Assembly (NCBI RefSeq): GCF_018977255.1
Contig: NW_024704743.1
Span: forward strand, 94,180,001-94,244,000
Direction of reading: 5' to 3'
Length of the DNA stretch: 64,000 nt
DNA from: Callorhinchus milii
Taxonomy: Eukaryota
Position 1 is the stretch's first letter; every line of letters begins with the position of its first letter. The position numbers and the translations under genes are program-made. Below the pieces are notes generated by a model. The model saw only the letters and a list, made by a program, of their open reading frames with translations. It ran no database searches and was not told the origin of the DNA. This document shows, piece after piece, positions 12,783-26,836 of this stretch.

Positions 12783-15700
12783 GTGATGGGACGATGGACG
12801 ATGGTACAGTAGGTATTCCAGAAGAAAACGATTAAATGGGTGAGGAGTTGTTATCATCCAAACCTCTCTTGTATTGACATATCACTGAAGCAGCATCATA
12901 CAATAGGGGGCAAATAAGGCATCAGTAAGGATTTTTCAGTATCAGCAAGGGCCATACTTCAACGCTCAAAAGAGAAGGTGAAAGGTAGTTTCAATTATTT
13001 AATTATTTTTTCGCTATGTGTTGAAAATATGGAATAAGACTACTGATTGTATCAGAAAATTCAAGAGGGTATCAAATAGCTATTTTTGAAATTAAACAAT
13101 TGTGAAGCATGATAAATAGATTTGTCTTGGATTTAGTCACGTTTCTACTCTGGGACTGGCCAGATGGACTACAATATTATTTTATTGTCGTGAACATTCC
13201 TACGTTCTTATGTTTATTTCCCCTTTAACGTTTGTGCAAACATCTCTTTATAGTTAATTTGAGCTGTTGCCATGTAAGTCAAGACCAGACAAGAATGTGC
13301 TGGCAAGATGCACATATTGTTCTGAATAGGGAAAAATATATAAGATATAACACACTGCAGTGGAATGCTGCTGGTTGTTGTCAGTCAGCAAAATTCATAC
13401 CAGAATTTTGCTAACAGCTAAAAAGAACCTTGTCCTGTTCACTTCCATGTACCCCATACATGACCTTTATATAAGTTTGGAAACCTAATAATTTCTCCAG
13501 TTCATGAGAAGAGCAAGCTACTCAAATGAAATTACACAGTAGGAAAAAAGACATTCCGTTCTCAATTTGTGGCTTTGCAAATTTATGTCTAACAGCATTG
13601 GCTCCAATTCTAACCATCTCCAATGTGAACACTCCTTTTTTTTGTTAATTGCAACAGTTCTCATAATTAGTTTCTATCTACACACCCAACATCGCTCTGT
13701 CATTTTCTGTTTATTCCAATTATATATCCAATATTCAGATTGACTTTTAAAAAATCTCTTTATGCACTGCTATATCTTTGATAAGCAGCGTGATTTCGGT
13801 CTTTCCCGGCTACATTTTCACTATCGCAGGTCTTTATCATACTATTTCTCTCCTACATCTCTGAGCCCCCCCCCACTCCATTACCTGGAGCAATTTCTGG
13901 CTCTTCCGTGTCTCACTTCCACTGTTCCAACTCAACTATTAAAGACAGCGCCATTTACAAACAGCATATCGAACTTTGTTAAAATTTAAGATCACCGAAA
14001 TGCCCACAAATAAGAAAAAGGGGATCCAAGTAGCTTATTTTATGTAGCAAAGACTCCAGGAACAATGCTTCTGACCACAAGAACATTTTCAATATCTCAG
14101 CTCAAATCACTGTGATGCATGTAAAATGCTCACGCATACTGCCACCAAACCTAGCATTAGAGGAATGAGTCCCACTGTTATGAGCAACAATTAGACAAGG
14201 TAGGATTCTTCAGTCTTGAGTGATGCCTCATATGGGTCCTTAAAAAAGGTGTATAACATCTTAATTGGTATTGAAAAAGTAAACCCATCATATCCACCAA
14301 GACGATAGGAGAAGAGGACATAGATTTAGAGTTCCAAAGGGCAATTTCAGGACAGACACCCAAAAATATTTCTTTGAAACAGTGATAAGACTGAATGCAT
14401 GCCATTGTTCCATGCTTTCCATGTCTCAAGACCCTACTCTTCAACCTCGCCTCCAGCCACGCTCCTACCCTCCAACCCCAACTGATCCCAACCCCCCTGC
14501 TCGGGTCCAAATCCCTGACTGTCCAGCGCCTCGGGACGTCCTCCCAACATGAAAAGTGATATACAAATGTAATTTTGTATTGTTCTATTATAGGCAAGTA
14601 TAATGTGCACCTTGACTTTTTTTAAAACTAAATTAACAAAATATTATAAAATATGCATTATACTAATGAGAAGAAGTATCAGGTGGGAATCTGGATCCAG
14701 AATCTAGATCCAAGTGGGAATAAAAATGTGTACTCCTATGTACACTGGCCATCCCAATGATTGGCTCCAAAAATTCAGGAAGGGATCAGGTTCTGTTCTG
14801 AACATTCTTCTGGACCGAGCTGTCTTGTGCTTACTATTGTTGCTATTACATCCCAATATCTTTTAGTTCTGTAGTAATATATGATTTTAATTTTGTTGAG
14901 CTGGAAAATGTCAGGTCACTTTTACATTTACTGCACTGTTATTTACATTTGTTGGGAAAGCTGCTAATCAGTTCCAGTATAGGTGGACGTCATAGGTCCC
15001 ATTTCCGAAGGTCAACACTGGTAGAAGATGTATTCACTTTCATGTTTAGTGCTGGGAAAGAAAATCTTTCTTTCCTTTAAACTTTTTTGAGCATATTCAA
15101 TATTTCACTTGCTTCCGTCAGTTGATGATGTCTATAAAACGAAGGCATTGGCTATCAGTCTGAGGTATTATTTAGTTACTAAATAACAGTAATTGACAAC
15201 AATGCTTTCCAATATTTTGCCTAGTCCAAACAACTGACTGTCAGTGACTGCAAGCCTCAGCCTTTTTACACTTTGCACTGGTCTTGTTCCTCTTTTCTAA
15301 GACAGTGTTAGATGCCTATTTCCCATACGGGTACACCTCAGCTCAGTTCCGCAATTGTTCACATAATTTACACTCAGACCACTTTGTGAAAACCTCTATT
15401 GTTCAGATATTGCTAACACCACTATGGATAAGCTTATGAACACTGTGTTTGTACTTTTTCTCCAATGGCTGTAATCAAAAACATTCACAATTGTCTTTTG
15501 TAAACAAATTAGCTGCAGCAGTATTGGGGAATAACAATTGACCCTAACAAGCAGTAGGTACGCTGTGGTTGGGGGAGCACAAATTATCAGCTAAGGATTT
15601 CACTGATTAAAAACTTTGCTTGAAAAAGTACATATATGAATGTTATATGATTAACAAGAGAGAAAGCTATCATATTTTCAAATTTAGATAGTTTGGACTC

Positions 15701-15869
15701 TTACACTGACCAGATCCACGCATGATAAATAGCCCATTGGTGAGCAGTTGTTGCCCATTGAACCATATTGTGACAAAGGCCACAATCTTCAGGAAAAGAT
15801 GGCGGAAAGGAGAACGTGGGGAAAAAGTAAAACAATCAACAATGCTCTTTTATAAGGAAAGTTGTACAT

Positions 15870-16192
15870 GTGGAGTCCTGTAGCTCAGTGGTTAGAGCAC
15901 TCGCTTTGCAAGTGAGAGACCTGAGTTCAATTCCAGGCAGGGCGAAACCTTGGGCAAGTTTCCTTACTCCACACACCTAATAATAATCCCTCGAAAACCA
16001 AAAACAATAATAAATTGGTCATTTTCAATCTACGACTGTTTGTGGGACATTGCTGTGTGCAATTGGCTGCCGCGTTCGCCCACAAATATAGTCAATTCAC
16101 TTTACAGTGTGTTCTGTGAAGCGCTTTGGGATGTCCTCCTGACATGAAAAGCGCTATATCAAATGCAAGGATTATTATTATTATTATTATTA
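15870..16192 (+). mobile_element. tRNA-Ala-derived SINE, youngest subfamily
   Basis: Near-identical to the 11120 copy. Confidence 0.93.
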
Positions 16193-16504
16193 TGTGTATC
16201 TAGATCCTCAATTAATGACATTAGAAGGATTCCAAAGCAGAATTTTTCAAATGTTAGTAAATTGACAATTCTAACCCATTATAGCCCATTTCACAATGGT
16301 GCCCTTATAATACTGCAGCATGTCTGTTTGCTGACTGTCACAGAGCACACAAGGGGCTTGCTGTAATTGTATCCAGCACCAATTTAAAAATGCTGATATC
16401 TTTTAAAGTTATCCAAAACACAGATTAATCAAAATGCGAAAGCCAGAAACACTGCAGATGAGAGTATAGCCTCTTATCATCTATATTACACTGCAGATGG
16501 AAGT

Positions 16505-18293
16505 ATGGCCTCTTTCATCATTAGGTTTAGAGTACTTATGAAAAGGGACACGGAACAATCAAAGGTGGGGATACTCAACTGGAAGAGGGCTAATTTCAGT
16601 GAGTTAAAAAAGGACCTAGCCAAGATGGACCGGAAAGAAATATTGGCAGATAAAACAACTAATGAGCCTTTAAGGAGAAGATAGTTCAGGGACAGAACAA
16701 ATACATTCCCACAAAGGGGAAAGGTAGGGCATCTAAACCTCCCTGGATGAATAAGGAAATTGGGATTAAAATAAAACAGAAAAAGGAGGTGTATGATAAA
16801 TGTCAGGTCCAAAACACAGAAGATAATCAAATAGAATACAGAAAGTACAGAGGAGAACTGGAAAAGGAAATAAGAGGGGCAAAGAGATTGTATGAGAAAA
16901 GATTAGCGGGTACCATAAATCTTCTTTTGGAGGCAGAGGGCATGGCTGATATACTGAATGAGCACTTTGCATCTGTCTTCACAAAAGAAGAGGATGTAGT
17001 GAATGCCACAGTATCGGAGGAGAGGTTAGAGAATTTGGATAAGAATAAACCGAAAGGAGGTACTAAAACGGTTGACGGTGCTCAAGGTAGATAAGTCACC
17101 TGGTCATGAGGGAAGTAAGGGTGGAAATAACAGAAGCTCTGGCCACAATCTTTCAATCCTCATTGGATACTGGGGTGGTGCCTGGAGGGTTGCAAATGTT
17201 ACTCCCCATTACAAAAAAGGGTAGAAGGATAAACCCGGGACAACAGGCCAGTCAGCCTAACGTTAATAGTGGGGAAACTTCTAGAGACTATAATCCAGGA
17301 CAAAATAAATTTTCACTTAAAAAAATATGGGTTAATAAAGGACAGTCAATACAGATTTGTTAAAGGCAAATCGTGTCTATCAAACCTGACAGTTTTTTGA
17401 TGAAGTAACGGAAAGGGTGGATGAAGTAGATGTAGTTTACAATTTTCAAAATTTTCAAAAGGCGTTTGATAAAGTGCTACGTAAGAGACTTGTAAGCAAA
17501 ATAGAAGCCCACGGTATTAAAGGGATAGTGGCAGCATGGATACAGAACTAGCTGGGAGACAGAAAGCAGAGAGTGGTGGTGAACGGTTGTTTTTCTGACT
17601 GGAGGGAAGTGTGCAGTGATGTCCTCCAGGGGTCGGTGTTGGGACCACTGCTGTTTTTGATCTATATAAATGACCTGGACTTGGGTGTAGGGAGTACAGT
17701 TTCCAAGTTTGCAGATGATACTAAGCTCGGAAAAGAAGTAAATAGTGAGGAGGACAGTAGCAGACTGCAAAAGGACATAGACAGACTGGTAAAATGGGCG
17801 GAACACATGGCAGATGAGGTTTAACATGGAAAAATGCCAAATGATGCATTTTGGGAGGAAGAATGAGAAACGGTAATACAAGATAGATGGTACAATCTTA
17901 AAAGGGGTGAAGAGAGAAACCTGGGAGTTCATATAAGTAAATCTTTGAAGGTGGCAGGACACGTAGATAAAGCTGTTAAAAAGCATACGGGATACTAGGC
18001 TTTATAAATAGGGGCATAGAATACAAAAGTCAGGAAGTTATTATGAACCTTTGTAAAACATTGGTTAGGCCACAGTTAGAGTATTGTGTTCAATAACACA
18101 ATTATTGAATTGATTCGATTATTGATTCGGTAACTTTTAAGAGAGATGTAGATAATTATTTGGGGAGGACAAGTTTGCAGGGCTATGGGGAAAGAACGGG
18201 GGAGTGGGATTGCTTTGGATAGCTCTTTTCAAAGTGCCGGCACAGACACGATGGGCCGAATGGCCTCCTTCTGTGCTGTATGATTCTATGATT
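16505..18293 (+). mobile_element. CR1-clade LINE fragment with internal deletions (ORF2 linker, RT and 3' end)
   Basis: [30 protein letters not shown] and SKFADDTKLG; ends in ATTCTATGATT. Closely related to the 5110 copy. Confidence 0.9.
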
Positions 18294-19084
18294 AAAAAGT
18301 TAAACCTTAGCCAAGTACTCTGTACTCTTGCCCAATAGAACAGGAACAACTTTGCTCAATCTTAAATTGTCATTTCATGCTGCACCATCTTTTATTAGAT
18401 CAATGTGTTTATGTATCTCTATCTATGAGTATAAACACAGATACAATCACACATACTCATGTCACCCCTCCCCCACACCCCACCTGCACACACACACATA
18501 TATATATAATTATATATAGGTACAGACAAACTTGGGGGTCCTAAGTACAAAGATTAAAATCTGTTTATAGGTTAAGATGTCCAAAAAGCTATCTTATATA
18601 TAGTTACACAAGCTGACAAAACCTCATTGGGTCATTTGTTAGGCACTTCAAATATGATAGCTCTGTGGTTTTAAACTATGTAGAAAGCAACATTTTCTTT
18701 TACTGGTCGAGCAAAAAAGCACAACCTGAATATTAAGTATAAGACTGTGAAATGTCAATGTACTAGGTGCATTTTCAAACTTTCTAGTGTGCAACTCAAC
18801 CTCCACCACAGTAGTACTTCTCTACAAATACATCAAAATCAACACCATATTCTTATAAAACTAAACGCGTTTTCCCCTTACAAAGTGCAGGATGGTCCTG
18901 TTAGCCCCCCCACACCCTGTTTTTTTTTCTTACAATGAATTTTTATTTTCTGTTGCAGATGAGTCGAGTGTTGCTGAAGAAGTCGCACTGAATATGGCGA
19001 CGGATCATTACCTGCCATGACAACGATAGCCCTCATACCGATCCTTTGGACGTCTAAATACAGTTAAACACTTTTACTGAATGC

Positions 19085-20538
19085 AACAACAGAACAACAA
19101 CAAAATTACATTTGTACAGCACCTTTCACGTCAGGAGGACGTCCCAAGTCACTGGACAGTCAGTGTTTCGGACCCAAGTCAGGGGTCAGGATCGGGGAGG
19201 GTGGAGAGCAGGGGGTGAAGCAGGGTGATCAAAAGTACAGTCGAAGAGGAGGGTCTTGAGATGGGTCTTGAAGGAGGCAAGGGAGGGGACGAGGCGGAGG
19301 GACTGCGGGATGGAGTTCCAGATGGTAGGGGCAGAAGGCCCACCTCCCAATGGTGGGGCAGGCGAGATGTAAAGCAAGCCGGAGCCCGCTGAGCAGAAGA
19401 AGCGGGTAGGATGGTAGAAGGTTAGGAGGTTGCATAGGTGGTGGTGGGGGGGCAAGACCAAGGAGGGCTTTGAAGGTGAGGACCAGGATCTTGAACTGTA
19501 TTTTCTGTGTGATGGGAAGCCAGTGGAGCTAGCTGAGGATGGGGGTGATAGGGTCACGGAGCCTGGTGCGGGAAACAATACGCGCTGCAGAGTTCTGGAT
19601 GATCTGCAGACTATGGAGGGAGGAATTGGGAGGTCGGCAAGCAGGGAGTTTGCATAGTCAAGCCTGGATGTAATGAATGCATGTATGAGAGTTTCGGCAA
19701 CCCGCAGTGTGAGATAGTGGCGGATCCGAGTGATGTTGCGAAGATGGGGGAAGGCAAGAGCGGGTCATGGCATGGATGTGGGGCAGTGGAGGGTCAAATA
19801 AGACGCCAAGGTTCCGGACTGGCTTCGTAAGGTGGAGTGTGCAACCATGGATGGTGATGCTGTTAGCACCTGAGGTGTGGAGGCACTGACAGGAGCCAAT
19901 CAGGAGGGCCTCGGTCTTGTTGATGTTCAACTGAAGAAAGTTAGCTCTCATCCAGGACTTGATGTCTGACAGATATTCTGTCAGGACAGCAGTGGCCCTG
20001 GAGTCAAGGGTGGAGGCAGTTGGGTGTCATCTGCATACATGTGGAAGTTGACCCCACGTCCCAAGAGGGGGGGACCAAAGACAAAGCCCCGAGGAATGCC
20101 GCACAAGACGGTGCGGGGGGCTAGAGGAGAAGCCATTTGTGGAGATGAAGTGGAGAAGGTGAGAGGTACAATCTGAACCATTCAAGGACAGAACCATGAA
20201 GGTTGAGGTGAGAGGAGAGGCGGTGGATGAGGATAGAGTGGTGAATGGTATCAAAAGGCAGCAGAGTGGTCAAGGAGGTCGAAGAGGCAGATGGAGCCCT
20301 TGTCGCAGATGGACAGAATGTCATTTGTCACTCTGACCAGGACTGTTTCTGTGCTGTGGGCGGAACAGAAACCCGATTGGAGGGGTTCGTGAAGGGAGTG
20401 GTGGGAGAGGAAGGAGTGAAACTGGGAGGCAACAACTCGTTCCAGGACCTTGGAGAGGAAAAGGAGGTTGGAGGTGGGGCGGCAGTTTGAGAGCAGTGAT
20501 GGGTCTCGGGAGGGTTTTTAAGGATAGGAGTGATGACA
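19085..20538 (-). mobile_element. Degenerate L2 LINE 3' fragment
   Basis: [13 protein letters not shown] and [16 protein letters not shown]; stem-loop tail at about 19085-19160. Confidence 0.88.
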
Positions 20539-21189
20539 AAATGATGTACTTTTAAATACAATTATCTATGAACATTCCAATTCTCTGACCTATTTTTAAA
20601 AATCACTTCTACACAATTTGCATTAACATAACACCATTCATGTAGGTTAAGTGTTTTTACACTCATTGATCCTCTAAACTTCACTTTTTCCTTCTTTCAA
20701 ACTCCTAAAATTCAATCCCTACACACTCTTTCTCCTGCTTGCACCTTCACAGTTTTGCAACTCATCCAAGCTTTGTCTACTTCATTATTTTCAAGTACTG
20801 CAGCTCAGTAGAAATCTTTATATCCCTGAATCTTTCCTGGTTCTTATAATCTACAGGGTTTCAAAACACGAGCTTGGCAACACCTCATCTCTACTTTTTT
20901 CTCTCTCTGACTTCAAATTTGTTGGTGCCATGCATTGAGCCTTGACTCTTTATCATGATTTCTCACTGCAAACAAGAGTTTTACTTCATCAATGATTATA
21001 GGTCTGTGCAAGTCAAGGAGGTGCCGTCCTTCAGAGGAGATGTGAAACTGAGGGCCCATCTATGCCTGTTCCGGTGCATGTTAAAGATCCCATTTGAGTT
21101 TCTCCTAATGTCTCAGCCAACAATTCTCCACATAAAATTGGTCTTTAACTTCATGGCCATTTGTGAAACACTGCTGTGTACTCTTGCCT

Positions 21190-23071
21190 TCCTTGTCCAC
21201 CGCTACATCTGGCTGGACCTCATCATGAACTACCACTCCACTCTCGCCTCAGCCAAATCATCCTTCTATTCCAGGTTAATCCTCGAGTCCAAAATCGAGG
21301 GAATCCGCTTAGCTGCCACTGCCCTCCCAACTTCCACCCCCACCCCACACAATTACCCATCCGACAATTACCCATCCCTCTTTCCACACCATTAAACCTG
21401 TCACCTCTTCCTCTGTCTTCAACTCGGTAACCTCCATGAAGTCCATCACCTGCTCCCTCGACCCCATCCCTACCCCTCTCCTTAAATCCCAGCTCCACCT
21501 CCTTGCCCCACTACTTGCCAACATCATTAACCTCTCTCTGTCATCTGGAACTGTTCCTTCCCCACTCAAAACAGCCACTATCACCCCCACCTTGAAGAAA
21601 CCTTCCCTCAACCTATCACAGCTATCTAGCTACCGGCCCATTTCAAATCTCCCCTTCCTATCCAAGGTCCTTGTTGCCTCCCAGCTTCGCTCTTTCCTCT
21701 CCTCTCACTCCCTCCATGAACCCCTCCAATCGGGTTTCCGTGACGCCCACAGCACAGAAACTGCTCTGGTCAAGGTCACAAACGACATCCTGACCATGTG
21801 TAACCAGGGCTCCCTCTGCCTCCTCGTCCTCCTCGACCTCTCCGCCGCTTTTGACACCGTGGACCACTCAATCCTCCTCCACCGCCTCTCCTCCCACCTC
21901 AACCTTCAAGGTTCTGTCCTTGACTAGTTCAGGTCCTACCTTTCACACCGTCTCCACTTCGTCGCACCAAATGGCTTCCTCCAGCCCCCGCACTGTCTCG
22001 TGCGGTGTTCCTCAGGGCTCTGTACTCGGTCCCCTCTTCTTTACCCTCTACATGCTCACCCTTGGTGACATCATCCGCAGACATGGGGTAAATTTCCACA
22101 TGTATGCGGATGACACCAACCTCTACCTCTCTGCCTCCTCCCTGAATTCCAGAACGACTGGCGTCCTGACCGACTGCCTGTCCGACATCAAGTCCTGGAC
22201 GAGGGACAACTTTCTCCAACTCAACGTCAGCAAGACCGAGGCCCTCCTGATTGGCTCGCGCCAGCACTTCCGCACCTCAGACGTTGGCAGCATCAGCCTC
22301 CACAGCTGCACACTCAACCTCACTAAGCCAGTTAGGAAACTGGTGTCTTGTTTGACACTGAACTGTCCTTTCTCCCCCACATCTGCGCCATGACCGGCAC
22401 TGCCTACCACCACATCTGCAATATTGCCAGACTTCGCCACTGCCTCACCCCTCAGGCTGCCGAAACCCTCACCCACGCATTCGTCACCTCAAAGCTTGAT
22501 TACGGGAACTCCCTCCTCATCGGCCTTCCCAACTCTTCGCTTCACAAGCTGCAAATCATCCAAAACTCTGCAGCTCGTGTACTCTCATGCACCAGGCTCT
22601 GTGACCCCATCACTCCCACCCTCACCCGACTCCACTGGTTCCCCATCCCCCAGAGGATCACGTTCAAGATCCTCGTCCTCACCTTTAATGGCCTTGCCCC
22701 CTCCTACTTCTCTGACCTGCTGACTCCCTAACAACCTGCCCGCTCCCTCCGTTTATCGGGCTCCAGCCTGCTCCATGTCTCCCGCCTGATCCGCCCTACC
22801 ATCAGTGTCTGGGCTTTCAGCCTCTCTGCCCCCACACTCTGGAACTCCATCCCATGGTCCCTTCGCCTCGCTTCCTGCCTTGCCTCCTTTAAGGCCGGTC
22901 TCAAGATCCTTCTCTTCGACAGTGCCTTCTCTTCGACTCCCACCTTCCTGCCTTCCTTCACCCCTACACCACCCCTCCCCCATTTTCGGGCCCCGACACC
23001 TGAATGTTCAGCGCTTTGGGACGTCCTCCCGACGTGAAAGACGCTCTATAAATGTAATTTTGTTGTTGTTG
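21190..23071 (+). mobile_element. L2 LINE 3' fragment (longest in the window)
   Basis: [44 protein letters not shown]; tail CAGCGCTTTGGGACGTCCTCCCGACGTG...(TTG)n. Confidence 0.92.
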
Positions 23072-23267
23072 TCTGACTAACAGTAACAAAGAACACAATT
23101 GCCTTATAACCACCTCAGATATTTTCTCTGGTTTTAACCATGTGTAGAGGTCAGGTCACCAGGTCACAAACTCTCATTGTACTTTTTTTTCCAAATAACT
23201 ACTTGAAGGGAAGAAAGAAATGTTCAACTATTGTTGGTGTTAAAAATATCAGGTGTTGTCGTCTAAT

Positions 23268-23609
23268 ATAATAATATCCCTTGCATTTGATATAACGCCT
23301 CTAAATTTGATAAAGTTAATTGACGGTATATCTTGTGAGTGAAACACAGCAGCTAATTGCGTGCAGCATTGTCCCACAAACAGTCGTGGATTGAAATTTT
23401 TTTCTTATTGATTTATTTTTTTGAAGGGATTATTACCCCCAGAAAAGCAATCCGACAATCGATTAACAACCGGGTTCTACTTACTGCTAGGTAAACAGAG
23501 GTGCATGGAGTAAAGACACTTGCCTAACGTTTCGCCCTACTTGGGAATCAAACTCAGGCCCTCTCGCTTGCGAGGCGAGTGCTCTAACCAATACGTTACA
23601 GGACTCCAC
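23268..23609 (-). mobile_element. tRNA-Ala SINE, older long-body subfamily
   Basis: Reverse-complement head GTGGAGTCCTGTAACG..., extra internal segment, degenerate tail. Confidence 0.85.
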
Positions 23610-24417
23610 AATATGCAGTAATTTCTGCCAGGATTCCTTAATACAGAACCCAGAATTATGTTGTGCCAACTTGCAGGAAACCTACTCTGACGCAATCTAC
23701 TTTTAGAGTGGAGTTCCTGTGAGTTGGCATGGATTGTTTCTGATCACTGGAATGCATGCCCAGTTGGATTTCTTATTAAAACATCTAGCTAGAAATTACC
23801 ACAAGTTAGTTTCCACTGCCTGTTACATAATAATCCACTCAATGACAGTGAAGATTGCTAACTCAAGCCTGAATCAAATACTAATGTTCCACCTCAGGGA
23901 ATTTTCATTTACATCATATTTATTATAAGCAGCATCTTTTTCACCAGGGGTTCCCAACTGACTAAAGGTAGCATTGGGTTAGTGAATGGAACGGATCAGA
24001 TTGAAAGAGCGCAGCAATCAGAAAGGTTCAGCAAATGATTAAAAATAGTCGGGAGGGAAAAAAAACAACTTGATTTGGGTTTGGTGTTAACAATAGACTG
24101 ATTACATCAATGCGTTCGAATGGCGGGCATGGTTCAGAGTTCAATGTTAAAATTCACATATTTCAGTTGCCAAAGGCATCCTTTGCAGGCCTCAGAAAGA
24201 GAAATGCATGAGGTAAGTGGATCTCATCTGAACAAATTTGGAAGCCAACCCCCTGCCTTGCAAAGTTACAAACTGTTTTAAAATCAGTTTATGAATTAAT
24301 TAAAGCAAATATAAATAAGACTTCAGAAAAAAGTCTTACCTCAGCGAATTCATATACAAGCAGTTGGGAAATGTGTTTTGCATGCAGAACAATTTAAATA
24401 TTATACTAGAATCCTAC

Positions 24418-24518
24418 CGGCAGGAATTCTCCAATCAGTTGTGGTCTGATGCCTCCAAAAATGTATGGCGGATCTTTCTCTGCACTGGAGTCTATTTAAT
24501 CTCTCTGCTAGTCCTCCC
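24418..24518 (-). CDS. SPIDR: SPIDR coding exon (probable exon 7), 101 bp, phase 2-1: (R)GGLAERLNRLQCRERSAIHFWRHQTTTDWRIPA
   Basis: Acceptor tcttctacag and donor CG|gtagga. GGLAERLNxLQxRERSAIxxWRHQ is the strongly conserved SPIDR block; joins the previous exon in frame (AG+G = Arg). Confidence 0.95.
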
Positions 24519-24719
24519 CTGTAGAAGATAAAAGATAATTATATTTCTGTTCTCATATGGCAAAGCTTTTACAATGAGATTACAGAAATCTGTGTGTATC
24601 ACAAGATCAGTTCAGATAAAGAAGGCCGTTTGGCCCATCTGATCTCATTCTTCCATCTCATCATCAAGCTGTTTTTTAAATGAGTCCAGTTTCATAGCCT
24701 CAACCATTCTTCCTGACAA

Positions 24720-24940
24720 CCTGGCTTGTACGATTAACGGGAGCTGAGTGGGATGACTCTGTGCCCCCATTGACTGGTCTGTCCTTCCAGGTCCTACTGA
24801 TGAGCCAGGCTGGTTGTGCTGCCATCAGCAGTACCCTGGAATACTGCAGACCCGCCTGGCTCAGGAGCTGGACTACCAAGACCGCCGTAGAAGGCTTAAT
24901 CGATTCTGTCATCCTGTTGCCAGGATGCCACCTTGGATGT
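24720..24940 (-). mobile_element. Old repeat fragment, possibly an RTE-clade LINE 3' coding remnant (second copy at about 36595-36765)
   Basis: The two copies align (GGAGCTGAGTGGGA...GCCTGGCTCAGGA.CTGGACTAC..AGACCGCCG). Minus-strand LLSQAGL...LLMAAQ..W resembles the RTE C-terminus. Confidence 0.4.
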
Positions 24941-26214
24941 TTCATGATCATGGTCACATCATGGGAAACCGTGGAATTCAAAAATACTAGCTCAATATAT
25001 CTGTGGTAGGTGACACACGCATTAATTGTTATGTGATGCTAGAGACACAGGCTTCAATCCATAGGCAGCATCAAACTTGCACCTTGTGCCAAGGTCCAGA
25101 CTACCAGAGCCAAAAGGAATTCTCCACTCTGAGAGGCCCATGCTAGAGGGAGGTTGAGAGAAAAACAGGCAGAAAACTGTGACAGAGATTATCAGACAGA
25201 GAAACACAAAGTGAGTCAATAACGAATAAAAATGCAAGCGATGTTCAAGAGCTTTTGAAATTCACAGTGCAAATGGATTTTTTAGGTTTTTTTGAAGTTG
25301 TTCAGTACGTCAGTAGTATGTTAAAGGCTTTGCTGAATTTTATATCATGTTACACAAGACTGAAAATGCAAAAGCCTTATCAAAATGTTGTATGTGAGTA
25401 GGCACCATGTGTTAAAAGTGAATGCAATCAAAATGACATTTTTAATAAATTATTATCAATGTATTTTGTTTAGGCATACACATTCTCAAATACAACATAA
25501 TCCCATTTTATGGAATAATACTGGCTTGGATACACAACATTGCATTACCAAAATAGAAAAAAAGCCAAGTTAACATTTACAGGATTCAATTATGCAGAGT
25601 TATATGATTAGACAAAAATGGGTTTGGCAGGGAGAGGGGAAACATTATTTTCTACACTAACCTTGCTGTTCATGTTGCCTTTGCAACTCAGCAAAGGTCA
25701 GCCTGTTTTTCTGTGCATAATTATATAAGTAGAGTTGAATATTATGAAATCAAAGCAAAACATGATTGCTTTATAAAGGGCAATGTACCTATAAGCAGAC
25801 AATTAAACACCCACACATCATTCACGGTAGGTGTTCTTTACCACAATCTTGATTCTCCCGTAAAAACGTTTTAGGCAGTACTGACCACATTACTGAACAT
25901 TCTGTCCACAACTTGTAGCTGATTTAATAGTTCAAAAACACCACTGTCTTCTCTAGTTTGCAAATATTAAAATATTCAGAAGTAATATAAGTGCTGGCAA
26001 AGCAATTAACTTGGAATAATTCTGCACAAAACTGGGAGGTATCAATCATTGCAATCATGTACACATTTTTTGTCTGTTTACAGATTTACGTTGCCTTTTG
26101 AGGAATTTTCAATCGGGAGATATCCTCAGGATGGTACGTCGTGTGAACTGAATATTTTAAGTCTTCTCTAATATGCAAATATTTTGCAAAATATTATTTA
26201 GTCTCTCAGGTTAC

Positions 26215-26836
26215 GTGTAGTCTCTGACCATACCTTACTCCAGACACAGCCGAAACACTCAGCCATGCGTTTTGTCACCTCCCACCTCGACTATTCAAAT
26301 GCTTTCCTCGCCGATCTCCCCAGCTCCACCAACCACAAAATACAGCTAATCCAATCTCTGCCACCCGAATATTCACCTGCAGTAAACTCTGCCCCCCCTC
26401 CCATCACATCTGTTCTAGCCAGACTACACTGGCTCTCTATCACCGAACTGGTCGATTTCAAGATCCTCACGCTCATCTTCAAATCCCTTTATGCCCTGGC
26501 GCTTCCCTACCTCTTTGACCCGCTTACTCCCCAAACAACCACTCGCTGCCTTCACGCGACAGGCTTCGGGCTCCTGCTTGTCCCTTGTGCCCTCCATTGC
26601 ACCATCGGTGGCTGCGCGTTTAGCCCCTGTGACCCCAAACTCTGAAACACTCGTCCTCTACACCTTACCCCTTGCTTCCCTATCTTTAGGTCGTGCCTGA
26701 AGATCTTCCTCTTCGACCGCTCCTGCAGTCACCACCACCCTCCCCCCAGCTCAACATTGTGCTCCGCCACTGTCAAGCTCTCTGGGATGCTACGCTATGT
26801 GAGGAGCGCTATATAAATGCAGGTTCTTGTTGTTGT
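26215..26836 (+). mobile_element. Older L2 LINE 3' fragment
   Basis: [21 protein letters not shown] and FKILTLIFKSL; alternative tail ending (TTG)n. Confidence 0.85.
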
